64,000 bases of DNA from Antedon mediterranea (lineage: Eukaryota > Animalia > Echinodermata): positions 3,302,422 through 3,366,421 of the forward strand of contig NC_092678.1 in assembly GCF_964355755.1 (NCBI RefSeq). The letters are read 5' to 3'. Under the pieces are notes generated by a model. That model had not been told where the DNA came from, did no database searches, and saw only the letters and a program-made list of their open reading frames with translations. Made by a program: the position numbers and the translations under genes. Shown piece after piece: positions 1 through 15,000 of the stretch; position 1 is the stretch's first letter; every line of letters begins with the position of its first letter.

Positions 1-3000
1 TGGTCCCATTGCCGACACCATCAAAATATCAATCAGCTGTAAAACGCTTGTGTCTTTACGATCAAACCAATACCCGTGATCAATCCACTGTCGCAATAAC
101 TCAATTGGGGGCTGAGCGCCATATTTCTCCTTAGCGGGCATGTTCAAGTCATCAACAAAAACAATAAGCTTCTTTCCGATTGGTGGACCATAAGTGCCCT
201 TCTTTCTTCGGTCCAATTTTGAAAATATAATATCCTGTGTTTGGTTGGCACTTGTCTGCGCAGAGAAGTTCACATTATTTGGAATGTAGTTCTGTGCTGC
301 AAGATCTAGCAGAAAGTTGTTTGTGATTGCGGACTTGCCTGTGCCGGTTGGACCAACAAAAAGAAGTGGTTTTCCTTGTAACAGAAACTTGCGTAGGAAA
401 TAGAGCTGTCTCTCGGTTTCTACGGTTTTAATAATAAGCTCATTGACCTATAAAGAAATGGCATAACCCAAGTTAAATTATGTAACTATAGATAGATCTA
501 AATCAATTTTTATCAATAGATTTTAGACAAAAATTATTTTACAATAGTCAGTAAATTTATAATTAGGTGATACAGTAGAACACTCATTCACAACCTTATT
601 AAAGGGACACTTCCTGTGAAAGTAACAAGGAAAGATATGTTTCAACACTACAAAGTTCTTATTTACAAATAGCTTAGATCACGATTGTTTTTAGATGTTT
701 CTCTTACCATAACCTGATGCATGTCATCAGCCTTGAGATGAAGCCAGTGAGAAGTATAAGAAGTGAAGATAAAAACAGCAAGATGAAAATCAAAGAATGA
801 GAGTGATTAGTTCACAACAAATAGAATAAGAATAAAGAATATAATACCCCTTTCATACCAAAAGCAAAACTCCGGAGACACTCCGGAGTTGACGCCCCGC
901 TGTTTGGTGTGAAAGGTAAAATCAAGCAACTCCGGAGTTTAAAACTGCGGGGTTGAACAGCTGAACGGAGAGCGAACTGCGGGGACACCCCGGTGTTTTG
1001 GTGTGAAAGGTACCAACATCAAACTCCGGAGTGTTTCGGGTCAAAAGGTTATCCTCGCAATCAATTATTTATTTAGTTTTATTTTAAAACACTATAAATA
1101 TTTGTAAAAAATATATAGCGGGTCTAGAAAATAATAAGTAGTATAAATAAAACATTATATTACTTCTGAGACTTTTGAAAGTAATTATTAAATTTAAAAT
1201 ATTATTAATTAAAATGATTCTAATGATCGTCGCTATGTAAACAAACAAAATAGAGGGCGACATTTGCAATTTTATTTTATAAACCCCGGTGTTGCTAGGT
1301 TGGTGTGAAAGGGGTATCTCCGGAGTTTCTCGACGTTTTGAATGGTCATAAACCCTGGGGTGTCTCCGGAGACACTCCGGAGTTTTGGTGTGAAAGGGGT
1401 ATTACACTGTGCTAACATACCGTATTGAACAAACCAAAACTTGGCATAGTGGGCTATTGGAAGAATTGGAGTGGTCTAATATTGGAGGAAAATTGGAGTG
1501 GTCTAATATTGGGGCATTGGAGTGGGCTAGCAATTGGGGGCATTGGAGTGGGCTTTATACCAATATGGTATAAAGTTAGTACAAATTTTTCAAGAAGATA
1601 AATAGAAAATATAAAAAGTTTGTGGTGAATAATTAGCAAATAATATAGATTAGATTTTGATAGAAATCTATTCTCATGGCCCATAAAAGTAAAGCATTAA
1701 AAAAGTAGTTTTTATCAATTTTAAAAGCAGTACAACACACATTAAAAGCAAAGGTAAAACAGCAAAATAATTTAGCTCAAATAATCAATTTTAACAGCAA
1801 GTACACACATTAAAAGCAAATGTTTTTTCTGGTTTGAGAAAATTAATTACAAAGAGAAAAGCAAAACAGCAAAATACTTCAACTCAACAATGTATTTCCT
1901 ACCTGTGTTTTAGGACCAAGCTCTGGTTTTTCCACCAGATTTTCCCAAGAAGTCCATGATCCGTAGGTTTTCCGCATGAATACAAAATCATAGACGGACC
2001 CTTTCTTGGGAATGATCAAGCTACGCTGGAATTTCAAATCCTTGGGTCGTGGGAATTTGCCAGTTGTGTCCATGTCACAGAGTTGCTTGAAGAACTCACT
2101 AAAGCTATGAAATAACAGTGTGAATATTTACTTAAAAGTAGGTGTTCAACATGGTTGCCTAAGAATCACATATTCCTGGGATATATTCTAGATTCTGCCA
2201 CAGAACCAACGGCATTGATATGCGCAAGCCTTATGACAAGACTTGTCTAAAAGCTCTGTCTACACTATGAAACTAGTTTGACAAAAAAGTGTGATGTACC
2301 CAAATATGATAATTATGTCATCATGTCCATGTATGAGCCCATCACATTATATTTTGTCACATTAAGTTTGATAGTGCGGAGGGAAGAGGGTATGTGTTGA
2401 CACTGTTCACTGTCACTTAGGATGTTAGACGTTGCTGCTGCAGCAACTGGTTGCACAATGCAAGTTCAAAACATTTGGCATTGATTAAAACATACTTTTC
2501 TCTTGAGGATCCTTCGACAACGCCACCTACTGACCAGACAATGCTGAAGAGGAAGTAACATATGACCATATTGGTTCTCTCATCATTCAACTTCTGCTCA
2601 GATAAAGATGGAGTAGAATTATCTGCATCCTCCTCTTCTCCAAAATCGTCATCTGTGTCCTCTCTGAAATTTGCAAATACAACTGAAACTTAATGCTTTT
2701 TGAAATATCAAATTCTATGGATATGAATATCATAGTTAAATTATCATACAAACAATTATGAATGTCAAATTTGACATTTGAATACAAAATCAAAATTAAC
2801 ATGCAATATTTTATATTGCCTTTATACAATAACTGTCATGACCAAATTAAAACATCTACTGAGTTTGTTTACAGTTTGAATGTGGATAATGAACATGCAT
2901 ACACTTAATTATTTGACTATGTTGGAAGAATATACATAAGAAACTATACAAAATAATGATAAAACATTTTTTACATATAATAGACGATGATGAACAAAAC

Positions 3001-6000
3001 ATATTTTACCCATATATGGAATAAAAATGTTTATTCTTCCTGTATTTGAATAAATAGCAGCAAAAATGTAGAAACACAATTAAAACTGTTAATTTTATTC
3101 ACAATTGACTTATAGCCATGCTGAGGATCATTTCTTTTTCATTCTAAGCGCCATGCTCGGCATTGTGGGACTTTTTTATAAGTTAATAAATATACTTCTT
3201 CAAATAAGAAAAGCAGAGTACAAAGGTCACCAAATCAAAGACGCCAATTACGGGTACATTTTGTCAAAGTCGGTTTGCTATGTGGCACTAAGTTGCTAAC
3301 ACTCAAAAATAAAAATAGTACAAATTTAGTAAGCAGTATCAAAGAAAATAATAAATCAAATTAATTATAAATAAGATACTTTAATAATAAGTAATACAAA
3401 TATATAAAAAAGTCTGAAATTTTGAAATGCATGATGGTTGGTTGTTACTATATGCAATGATAAAAAACAAAATGTAAACAAACAACAAAAACAGCAAAGC
3501 CTTACCTATTTCGAATTAGGCTGCAAAAAAAGCAAAAAGCAATCGTCACATGGTGAACAAAAACAAACCAACATCAATCAATGTGAAACAACAACATTAT
3601 ATATATCACATAAACATTATATTATTAATGATAACAATAAGTATTAATTATTAATAAACAATGTACAAAAGTCAACAGATAAATAATATTAGTATTAATA
3701 AAGCTTGATTGTTATCAAAAATATTATAAACAAATACAGTATTAGAACAATTACATTTTGATTTGAAAAAGCAATATGTATAAAATATATATATATAAAT
3801 TTACAATTTACAATAGGAAATCAAAACATATAATTATTAATAAGAACATATTTTATATGAAAAAGCACCAAATTTACACTAGTAAATTTCCATTGTTTCA
3901 AATTAAAAACATTTTTGGTAATGAAACCAACAGTGATTGCATTATATTGGAGCTGTGTATGTTTATTTCTTACCGCACATCATTTAGTAAACAACCATAG
4001 AGTTTAATCATGGACATTGTCAGGTGCATTGGAGATGCTTGAACGATTAGACGACAATTCTTAGTCACATGGTTTAAGCAGGGAGGAAGTAACCAATCAT
4101 AGAGAAGCTGTTGACAAATTAAAATAAAAATTTATTAATTTTTTATTTATTTCATACGCATCCAACAGCGAGTAACTCACCAATTACAGTTAAACATAGA
4201 ACATTTTTCAAGTAATAGCATGGATTTTTCATGTATAGTATATGGACATTTAAAGATTTTTAGCACAAATATATGACTTTACAAAACTAGAAAAAGTGTT
4301 CTTTCCTTGATTGTGAGTTGTTGCTGTTTGTTTATAAAGTCAGGCACGTCATTCTCCAACCAAGATGTCACTAGAGGTGACCATCCAAGCTGCAATGGCT
4401 CCATGTAAATCATACCACATCTGGTAAAATACAAAATCGTATTTCTTATATATGTGTTGGAGTTAGCTGAGCAAGGAAACAACTAGTCCACATTGAAATG
4501 GATGTTATAAAGTCCATTCTAAACATGAAACTACTTAGGTGGAAAATACATATTGTGTAAGTTTCAACCTACCTACTGACTGTTGCAGGTGATGCCTGCT
4601 CCAAATCTTGTGGTTCAAAGATCATGTTTTGTTTGTTGTTCATCTGAATTATTTCACCACTCATCAGACACAGCTGCAAGATAAAGAAGAAAGGTAAATG
4701 CAGGAAAAATCTCTTATTACAAAGTTAGGAGAAAGACAACTGACAGTTTCCAGTTTGCAATGACCTAGGAGCATTGTGTCGTCAGTCGTCATCTGGACCT
4801 AGAAAGAACCAAAGCACGTTCAAAAATTCCCTGAATGCCAACAATGAAACGATCTAACTTCTTGTTAGTCAGTCTTCGCAAATCGAAAGCTCCCTGATGA
4901 GTCATTCTTACGAAACCTAGGATTGGTAAAATAGAAGAACATCTTATTTATATATACCATATTCCAATGTATCAAGCATACCTTTTTATTGTCATCTAAC
5001 ACTGTGTTCATATTCTCAATCCACACTGCATCAACAGGGCCATCAAATACTAACCACTTCCGGTTATCAGAAGTATCGCTAGCATGTTCACGGAAAATGT
5101 TTGCAAGAACACCATCTGACCATTCATGTGAGATAGGGTCAAAGCGTCCATACAGCTGACCCATGGTTATGGCCTTCGGATTCATAATTCGATAATCAAC
5201 CTTAGAGAAATAAAACTTTTGTTTAATAACTCATTCAAATTAAATTGAGTGGGGCAGGTGTGGGTGATAAAAGGTGATAAATCGGCACAGGTTCAAGGCT
5301 CTCAATTGTTCTAGTGGTAAAACATCTTCTTAAGAAGATAAAAACTTCAACATAGAGGTCCAGTGTACACATATGGCTTATGTGCACTTTAAAGAACTCA
5401 GTTCATCTTTTCAAAGAGTAGGGAGTAGTACTGGTCCATCTCAGCCCCCGTCGTTCAAGGTAGGCACTGCACTGTTGGGGTAATAATGTTCAGCACTTAG
5501 AGGTTTCACAACATTAGGCGCTATATAAATCCAGGATATTATTATTATTATTAGAGGAATTCATCCAAATTTCCTCAATTCAGTTGAATGATGTAAACAA
5601 AAACCAAACAAGTAAAATGAAACTAAAAGATTGAACAAAGTAATTAAAAAGTTACCATAAACTCCTCCATTTCCTTGTTGACACAAAGGTCATGTAGAGC
5701 GCCAGCCAATACCTTGAATGCACTCGTTTTACCACCAATGGTTTCACCCACAATCATCAAACCATGCCGCACTAGTATCATTTCATAAATCTTACAATAC
5801 AAATAAAAGTAACAAGAAAATTAGGAGAGTAGTAGCAACTAAGAAATGGAGAGATAAGTACCTGTGATTGTCCATTCTTTATTGTCCAACTTTATCAGGA
5901 TAAAAATGAGCCACTACCTAAGAGTCTAAACAAGACTTAATGTAAAAATACATAGATTAATTTCTATCCTGTAATTGGTTAAGTGTGTGCTGTGTAGAAC

Positions 6001-9000
6001 CATTCTCAGATAACAGTATGCTAGTTGTTCTTCAACAGATAACTATTCTTACCTGAACTATCTTTTCAATGAACCAAGGCACAGGTTGTAAGCCTCTTTT
6101 AGCTATGTTGCTAATAAGAGCATTTTCCAAAATGCTTCTGTCAGGTTTTGGTAACTCCAAACCTGGAAACAGGTCAGATATTATGCCTTCGAAAAGAGGG
6201 ATGTCAGGAGAGAGGAACTAAAGAAGTAAAAGACGGAATAACTTATTCATACATCATGAATATCATTATAAAAAGGCATTGCCAAAAATAGAGCTAAATG
6301 AATCTTGTAAAAGAGTCATTGAATAAATATAAAGCGTACCTTTGGTAAATTAACATCCTTGATTGATCGCAGAACCAGGACATCTTCTGGTGTGTCTGGG
6401 AACTTGAGCTTGAGGTTACCAGCAGCTGTCAGGACAGACTTCACTGCCCTCATGCCATAATCATAGTGGTGTTGAGAAGATAACTGGAGAAAAAAGGCAG
6501 CTTGTTAAGACTTTGTTAAAGCAAGATTTACCTAACATTCTGACATACTATTTCCCAATTCAGTAGAACCCATCTTAAGGGGGAGCAATTAAGGGAGCTC
6601 TTTCTGTGGTCCCTGAATAGGAGTTCTGCTGTGAAGCACACAAAACATACAAGTACCTGTTCAGAGCAGAGCTTGTAGGTAGCGACAATCTTGGTAGCGA
6701 GCCCTCTTGCACTCACAAATCCCATAGAGTACAGACTAATAGCAGCAATCAAGGCATAGTCTGGTACCATCATAGCAACAGTACGGAATAACACCTGTAA
6801 ATGTAAAGTTAAACTAAATAAGTAATTAAACCATAGTGTGAATGTAGATAGTGTGAAAATCTGAGCATGCTAGAAATCAATTGCCATTGAGACAGATTTT
6901 TCCCATCAAACGAAACTCTGGTGCTGTTGAGTTGCCGATCGGTTAAGGCAGGAGCACAGCAAACCATAGCAATAAAATCAGTATAGGTTCAATGTCCACT
7001 TCAGCCATAGTTTTGGTGGTCGAAAAGATAAGGACTTAAAACTGGAGTTTCAGTTTACACACCTGACTTTTCCTTACTTTAAAGAACCCAATGCACCTTT
7101 CGGAAGTCCCCAGTGTACTGGTTCATCTCAGCCCTCATCATTGTGGACAGATAGATGAGCTTCATTTGTTGCTAGCTTGACACAAAGAAGTCCCCATATG
7201 TGCAACTATACTAAAAATAAAGATCTAAACACTAAAGGAAGGTGATGCTGATAATAAAGTTGCTGTTCTTCTTTACCTTTAAGTTATCAGGTAGCTCTGC
7301 TCTCCCAGCATACCCAGGGTTCATTGTGATGAACATTGTGCACGATGGATCCAATGAGATCTTGGTGCCTTCAAACACAAATGTCTCTTTACGCTCTGCT
7401 ACTGCTCTCTGGATACTCTGAATCTGCTGAGCAACCACAGACAAAACCTCCAATTCTATCCTGTTGAACTCATCAAAACAAGCCCAGGCACCAGACTGTG
7501 CGAGTCCCTTGAAAAACTTGCCCATGGCTTTGTAGTCTAGGCCATCGGAGCAGTTGAAAACAACACACTAAATAGGAAAAAAAACAAAGTAAAGTATTCA
7601 ATCATCAAATACTTTCTAAGCTGAGGTAGTGGCTTTATGTTAGCAAGGATTTAGCATAGCACCCATAGATTGTATACCTGTTTTGCAACTGCCTTAGCAA
7701 GATCTTTACAAGTTTCGGTTTTTCCAGTACCAGCTGGACCTTCTGGGGCACCTCCAAGATTCAGTAAAAGAGCTCCCATTAGAGTCCTGCAAATAAAACA
7801 GATATAAATTAAGACAAATTTCCACAAGATTTTAGAGAAGGTGGATAAAAAAAAATTCAAAATACTTTTTACAAAAGTTTATATTTAAAAGTTTGCCTCT
7901 TTCTACTGACAATTGTCCAATGAGTGATTTCCAAACTGTGGCCACACTAACCTGTAACATCTATCTGTAAGAGGTGTGATAACAAGTCTTCCTGTGTTGC
8001 CTAGATACTCATAGCCATAGGGTACGGTCGTCGTAATCATGCGTACAGCTACTGTGCTCTCTTCGAAGTAATAACGAAGCTGACTTATCCACGCAAAGCA
8101 CAGCGGGTCACTAATGTTGTTGTCGTGGAGACTGGTGACAACATCCCGAGCTATAAGAAAATTGATTGATTGAGTATACAATTTGTTTTGGCATATCAAA
8201 CCAGTTTAAATCATTACAATAAATGACATACAATAACATTACACTACCCGCATCTGTTTTGTAGACGTTAATATTGTGGGTGGTCTAAAATGATTTAGTT
8301 GAATGTTTGTCAACATCAATATCATGTCTTACCGTGTACATCAATAACAATAAGTGCACCTAATGTTGTACGCGTCATTTTGCTCTGTCTGCCACGTACT
8401 AAACAAACGATATCATCTATTTGTTTATTGCACTGGTCAAGATATAGTTTCAATCCATCTTTTTTACTTATAGCCTGGTAAATAAGAATAACACAAAGTT
8501 AAAAAGATAATTATTTTTATTTCTCTATTTGGTAGTACCATAGAAAACTTAATACGTAACTATCATGGAGTAACATTTTCTTTGAAAACAAGTTCACAAA
8601 AGAAAAATAAATGATCAGCAAGAATTACCTCAGTAACATCCAATGTCCAGTAAGTTGTGCCAACAGCCAGAACTATTTGTCCAGGCCATTTCAGCACCCA
8701 GCTTTCCCTTGGTGCCTCTGCATACGCTTCCATTGATTTGATCATTTCTTCACGTAAACTCTTTTTCATCATTTCTTCTACCTAAAAGAACATGAAACAT
8801 TATCTTTTTAGTAGATTTAATAAGGAAATGGAAAAAAATATGTTGCTGAAACATGAATGTGCATAGATTTATTTGAGGTTCAAACTCATCACTCTCTTTT
8901 TAAAAACCATATGTATGTCATCCTAATAATGAAAATGGACAGTGTCTTGACAATTAAGATGTGTCTCAAAATCAATCATACTTTTGAATGAAATGTAAAC

Positions 9001-12000
9001 GCTAAAAAACACATCCAATAAAAAAAACCCATAAACATCATAGTGTTTAAAGAGACGAACCTGAATCAGCCACATCTCCACGAGACCTTTAGCATCTGCA
9101 GGAATGATCTTATTACTTAGTGTAACCTTCTCTTTTTCCGCTGATTCCATCGCCACAATCTCCTTGTCTTCTGTAAATGTCAACTGTGCGATTCCTTCAA
9201 AGCACTTCTTAAGATGTGGTTGGACACGTAGAGGATCTTTGGTTTCGGAGAGAATCTCAAGCAGTTCATCGTTGGAAAGAAAGAAGAACCTAATAAAGAA
9301 ATCAAAATAAATTGGTTAAGTCTACAGGCTGTCGTCTTTCAAACTTCCACTAAAATTAGTAACTAGTAATAAATAATAATAATAATAATAAGATTTTTAT
9401 AGCGCACATACCACTCCAGAGTGCTCAAGGCGCATTTAAAAATAAAAAAGAAATAAAGAAAAATATGCGATATTAAACATTACTGAATAGTAATTGGCTC
9501 TTAATAGTTTTCAATTTAAACTTTTCTGACCTTGGAAAAAATAACCTCTTCTTCTCCAAGTACTCATTAAGCCCTCGTTGGATGTTGTCTAGCAGACTCT
9601 CAGAATGCTGCAATTTCTCCAGCATTTGTTCTTGGGATGTCACAACAAGCGCCTTTGTGTTTAGCACAGAGGTTGTCATGACTTCTTTCCTAGGAAAAGC
9701 AATAAAATAAACAACTTTATAAATATTGTAATAAATTACCATTCCCTAACATATAGAGTAACATAGTATTTACATGAACAATTCTAGAATAAGATGTTTT
9801 GATTTAAGAAACCATGTATAGTTAATAAGAACAATCAAGAACATTCCAGAAGTGCTATTAATAGAAACTGTAATCATGTAATAATGAGAAGTATAAAGAA
9901 TGATCTAGAAGGATAGGAGCATCTTGTATATAAAGGGATGTAAACTATTGTAAGGTTGTTGGATTAGAGGTTGGATAATATATTGTAAAGTTACTGTGAA
10001 GCTGTTGTTTAAAGTGCTTACTCGATTGTTAAAAGTTGAAGTTGATTGAAATTAAAGCTTTGTTTTTTAGTTATTTTACAACTTTGTGGATTTTGTGTGT
10101 ATACTTTTATGTCACAAGGGAGTTCCTAAAGTATTTTCAACCGCTCGGAAACATACGTGAGAGGAGTTCGTGACAATATATATTTACATTTCCATAATCA
10201 GATGACTAAAAAAATATAAAAAACAAAAACCAATGTGTTTTACCAGTTAGCATCAACTATGGTGAACATTTCTCCTTCAATTGGAATTTGTCTACGAATG
10301 TCCTCTGAGCCGAAAATCGGTTCTAAATAAAGCCACGCTGCTTGTACTTTCAACCAGGAATCAAGGATGTCTCGCATGCGATGCTGGAAAGAAATTAACA
10401 ATTCATACAGTAATTACAACATGTAGAGTGGGAGTGAGTCAGTGGGATACAGAGTTGGACAAACAGCTCTGGGATTTGGCAACAATGTTTCATATGGATT
10501 TTGTAATTCATTGAGGTACGAAGTGAGGTTAGCTTCTGAGTAATCCTGAGCATGTCATAGCTATGCAGGCTAATCCTTTCAATCTCTATTAATCATTAGC
10601 AAAATAAAGGTGGACAGATAAAAATTCAATTAGTACATGTTTCACACCCTGTTGCTTCTCAGACAAAAGTACAATAAGCAAGTGTACCTGGACATCCAGA
10701 AAAACTTGGATTACTCACCAAACCAACTTCCCACTCTTTGATCTCTGCCTCGAATGGTGCTATGAATGGCGATCCTCTCATTGTGGAAGTCTTGACCACA
10801 TGATCTTCAAGAAGCACCTGAATGTCATCTGGTGCTGAGAGGATGCTTATCTGTGTGTCTTTGTATGGAGTGAAGTTAAAGTTCATCTCTTCCCAGTCAC
10901 CTTTCATCTTAATTAGGGCCTACGCATGTTAAAAATAAAACAACTGTAAACATAAACAATGCAACCCAGAAAAGCTGTGTCAGTTTGAACTTTAACCTGA
11001 TGAGTGTATCTAGCGTGCTGGCACTACATAATTGGGAAGGAAAGATGAGATAGTAATTTAATGACAGAATTGTAAGTATTAGTCCTACCTTTTCCAAAGC
11101 ATACTCTTTGCTTGCCTGTGAGCTGATTTCACTGAGATCTTCTAAATTCTTTTCAAGACCCATCTGAAGGCGTTCAATCAGTGGTGTTTCTGGTGATGGT
11201 GTCATATCAAATCCAACCTAAAATAAAATTCACTTATGTTAGAAGATTCAATTTAGTATGGTAGGACTTTTACTTTTTCCATAATAGAGAAAGCTGCCAT
11301 TACAGTACCTTTTGACTCATCATATCCCAATGGCGTTGTTTTATTCCTGGGTTACAAAGAGCGTTTATCAGTGGCATGTTAATCTTGAACTTTTCTAGCT
11401 TCCCTTTGATGGTTGCTGCAGCACGCATCGGACCCATAAACTCTGGATGTGCAAAGATCTTTGTCAACTTGTAACTTGTCTTCCACATGGTCTGTACTTC
11501 TTCTTCAACATCTTCAGCATTGACTTCCAAAAGAGGACCATTCATCCATTTGTCGTACATGAGGTGGAATTTTACGGCGGCACTCCAGAGTTTGTCATAC
11601 GGTTCTTTAGCTTCTTTCATTTCGTCTAACTGAGGGTACTGACTTACTTCACCGACGTCCAACATCTGTTCCTCTTTGTTGATTTGTAATTTCTAAGAAG
11701 GTTGAGAAGTAAAATAAGTAAGAATAAAAATTACTTATGCATATGGTAATTAGTAATCGTATATGGGCTTTAAACTGGAAGTCCAGTGTATTCATCTCTT
11801 TAGAGATCCCAGTGCATCTTTCGAAATCTTATCTCAGCCCTTGTCAGAACACAAAAAGACCCTTAGTGGAGATGAAAGTTGTTGTACGTGATGTCTACAC
11901 CATTGAGCAATTTAGCTCATTTAGCCAGCAACTACTAACCTCTTGGTAAAACTCCTCAAGTTTTTGACCAATCACATTCAAGGCATCTTGATAACTATTA

Positions 12001-15000
12001 GCCTCAGACATGCGGTCTTTAGACTTAAATGATTTCACTTCATCAATGATCTCTTTTTTTATTCGAGCTGTGAATTTCTTCTTCCAATCGTTGAGTTTTG
12101 ACACAGCATAGTCATGCTCCTTCTGCAGCTTGGTCTCACTAACAGTGGAAAAATTATTACAAAAAAAGTTGTTTCTCTTGAGTTTAGATTAGCAGTTGAC
12201 CCTTTAGGGTACCATTGCCTTGGGTGCACTGTATACTACTTTTATTCAATATCTTCAGGCTTCGTATGATATTGTCCCTCATGCGGTTATTCACCCACCA
12301 GGCTATCAACCACCAGGCCATGACCCACCAGACTATCACCCACCAGGCTATCACCCACCAGGCTATCACCCACCAGACTATCACCCACCAGACTATCACC
12401 CACCAGGCTATCACCCACCAGGCTATTACTCACCAGACTATCACCCACCAGGCTATCACCCACCAGGCTATCACTCACCAGACTATCACCCACCAGGCTA
12501 TCACCCACCAGGCTATCACCCACCAGGCTATCACCCACCAGGCTATCACCCACCAGGCTATCACCCACCAGACTATCACCCACCAGACTATCACCCACCA
12601 GGCTATCACCCACCAGGCTATTACTCACCAGACTATCACCCACCAGGCTATCACCCACCAGGCTATCACTCACCAGACTATCACCCACCAGGCTATCACC
12701 CACCAGGCTATCACCCACCAGGCTATCACCCACCAGGCTATCACCCACCAGGCTATCACTCACCAGACTATCACCCACCAGGCTATCACCCACCAGGCTA
12801 TCACCCCTCCAGGCTATCACCCACCAGGCTATCACCCACCATGCTATCACCCCTCCATGCTATCACCCACCAGGCCATTTCACCAACTTACCTGTTTCTT
12901 ATAAGTGGAATAATCCTATTCGGCCAAGTAAACGTATTATCATTCAGCATTATATCATCTTTAGGAAGGTAAGCATAGTCCATCAAAAAAAGAACGTTCG
13001 AGGCTGCGATTTCAAGTTTTTCTCGCAACTGCAATAACTGTCCTGTACGGAGTCTGTCTACATACTCTTGTAGCCCTACGAGTTGATCTGTGCTTTCGGA
13101 CTGTGCGGTAATCTTTCGTACAATGCCGTCATATTCTTGGCAAATGCTACGGTTGAACTTGCGACTAGTACTTGTGATTTTGTTGATCATGATGGAAGCT
13201 AGGTTTCGTGCTCTTGCAATAAGCCACTGGAAAAATAAAAAACATATTGATATAATCAGTTAGTGGTTATTTACAAAATGTATCCTACACAGTACATGGT
13301 AACACAATACAGTGGAACACAGCTTTTGGGACACCAAGGGGATACTTGCGCAAAATGAACATAAGGAAGTATATGTTTCATTTCAACCCCTATTCAACCC
13401 ACCTAAAAAGGGACACTTTATGAAGCCCAAAGGCATCTCTGTAATAGGTTATACTGTAATTATAGATACAAATCTTTGCAGTATTTTGGTTGTTGTTGTT
13501 GAAACCATACAAGAAAGAAAACTTACACTATTTATATTGTTACAATCTAATAGAAATAGATGCATTGGAACAAAGACGGGTAGTAGGGCAGCTTCATCTG
13601 CCATTGTTTTTAATTTCTCAATTTCACGAACGTAATCACGCAGATGTTGCTCTTTGTTGACAAACTTTTCAACTTTTACGTCAGATTGTTTGGACAACAA
13701 ATATTCAAATGGTTGATAAACACTTGTGTACCTAGAGAGAATTTAAAGGAAATTTAAGTTTTAAAAATGATTAATTCATTTACTACAAAGGTAAATTCAA
13801 AATACAATTATTAATAACCATGCATACCTATTGGGACCATGGCCATTAGCATATATCACAACTTCTATTCGTTGCTTGGCAACATCAACAATCTCTTCAT
13901 CTCTTTTTACAGTACTGATGAATGGAATTTTCAATTTATCAACAGATTCAAACAGCAACGACTCGATCCTTGGAAACTCTTCCATGCTTTGAACAATCGT
14001 GTCAACTGCTTGATGAGTGATGCCAATGACCTCTTCAAATGGCGGTACAAACCGGCAAGCCACGTTTTCCGTAAAGGCTTCCATGAAGACAGTGAAGGGA
14101 TGTTCCATAACTGGGAAACTTAGACCACTTTCCTTGTATTCAACTTCATAGCTGTTCCCCTTGAAATACAGCTCTAACCATGTGACAAGGTCATAGATTG
14201 ACCTCTTTATAGCACTACGCATGCACTTTGACATTAATGTTGCTATAGAACCGAAGAAACAATCCATTTCATTCATTCTAAATACCTTTGAAAAAAAAAT
14301 TTATTGTTTTTAATTAGAAATTTTACTTAACGATGAATAGGAGGAAGACAAATAAGATAATAATATAATATAATTTGTATAGAGCATTTCCAAATTGATC
14401 AAGGCACTTCACATTCTAATGCTTTATTTTAAAGATATCACATATTAAACATATTTTTAAACTCATAATAATTACAAGGAAGATCTTGCAAGATACTGTA
14501 GGATAGGTAGTTAAGTATTCATTTTACAATTTTTAGGCTTCCCAAATTTAATAATCATAGATCTAAACTTATTATCTAATAATTAATTTAAGAATAATAA
14601 TTACTATTGACAGACATTTAATGTATAGATCAATAGATATTAGTAAACTCGTTGATTAAACATGTTTTGGAAAAACAATTTTCATTAGTGCAGAGATACG
14701 GAACTAACACTGTATTACCGAATGAATCTATAACATTAAATATAAATTTCACCCAACAATCAAGCGTTAAATGAACTTAAATGACCTCATCCTCTGTCAT
14801 TAGTTCTTCAATATTTGCTCTCTGATCACCGACAATATTAGCGCACTCAACCAACCACTCGTTTTCAAGTCGTTGTCGCCCTCGTCGGCATGATTCAACA
14901 ACATACTCAAAGAACTTCTCTAGCGTGATGGGTTGTATGGATTTTAAGCCTGGGATGTCTATGAGTCGAAAGTCGATGTACCTGGAAAAAAAAATTTAAT

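Noticed and set aside
12184-12972. Repetitive ORFs (HPPGY, THQAI, GDSLV, IAWWV)
   Set aside because: All are translations of one 15-bp intronic minisatellite.
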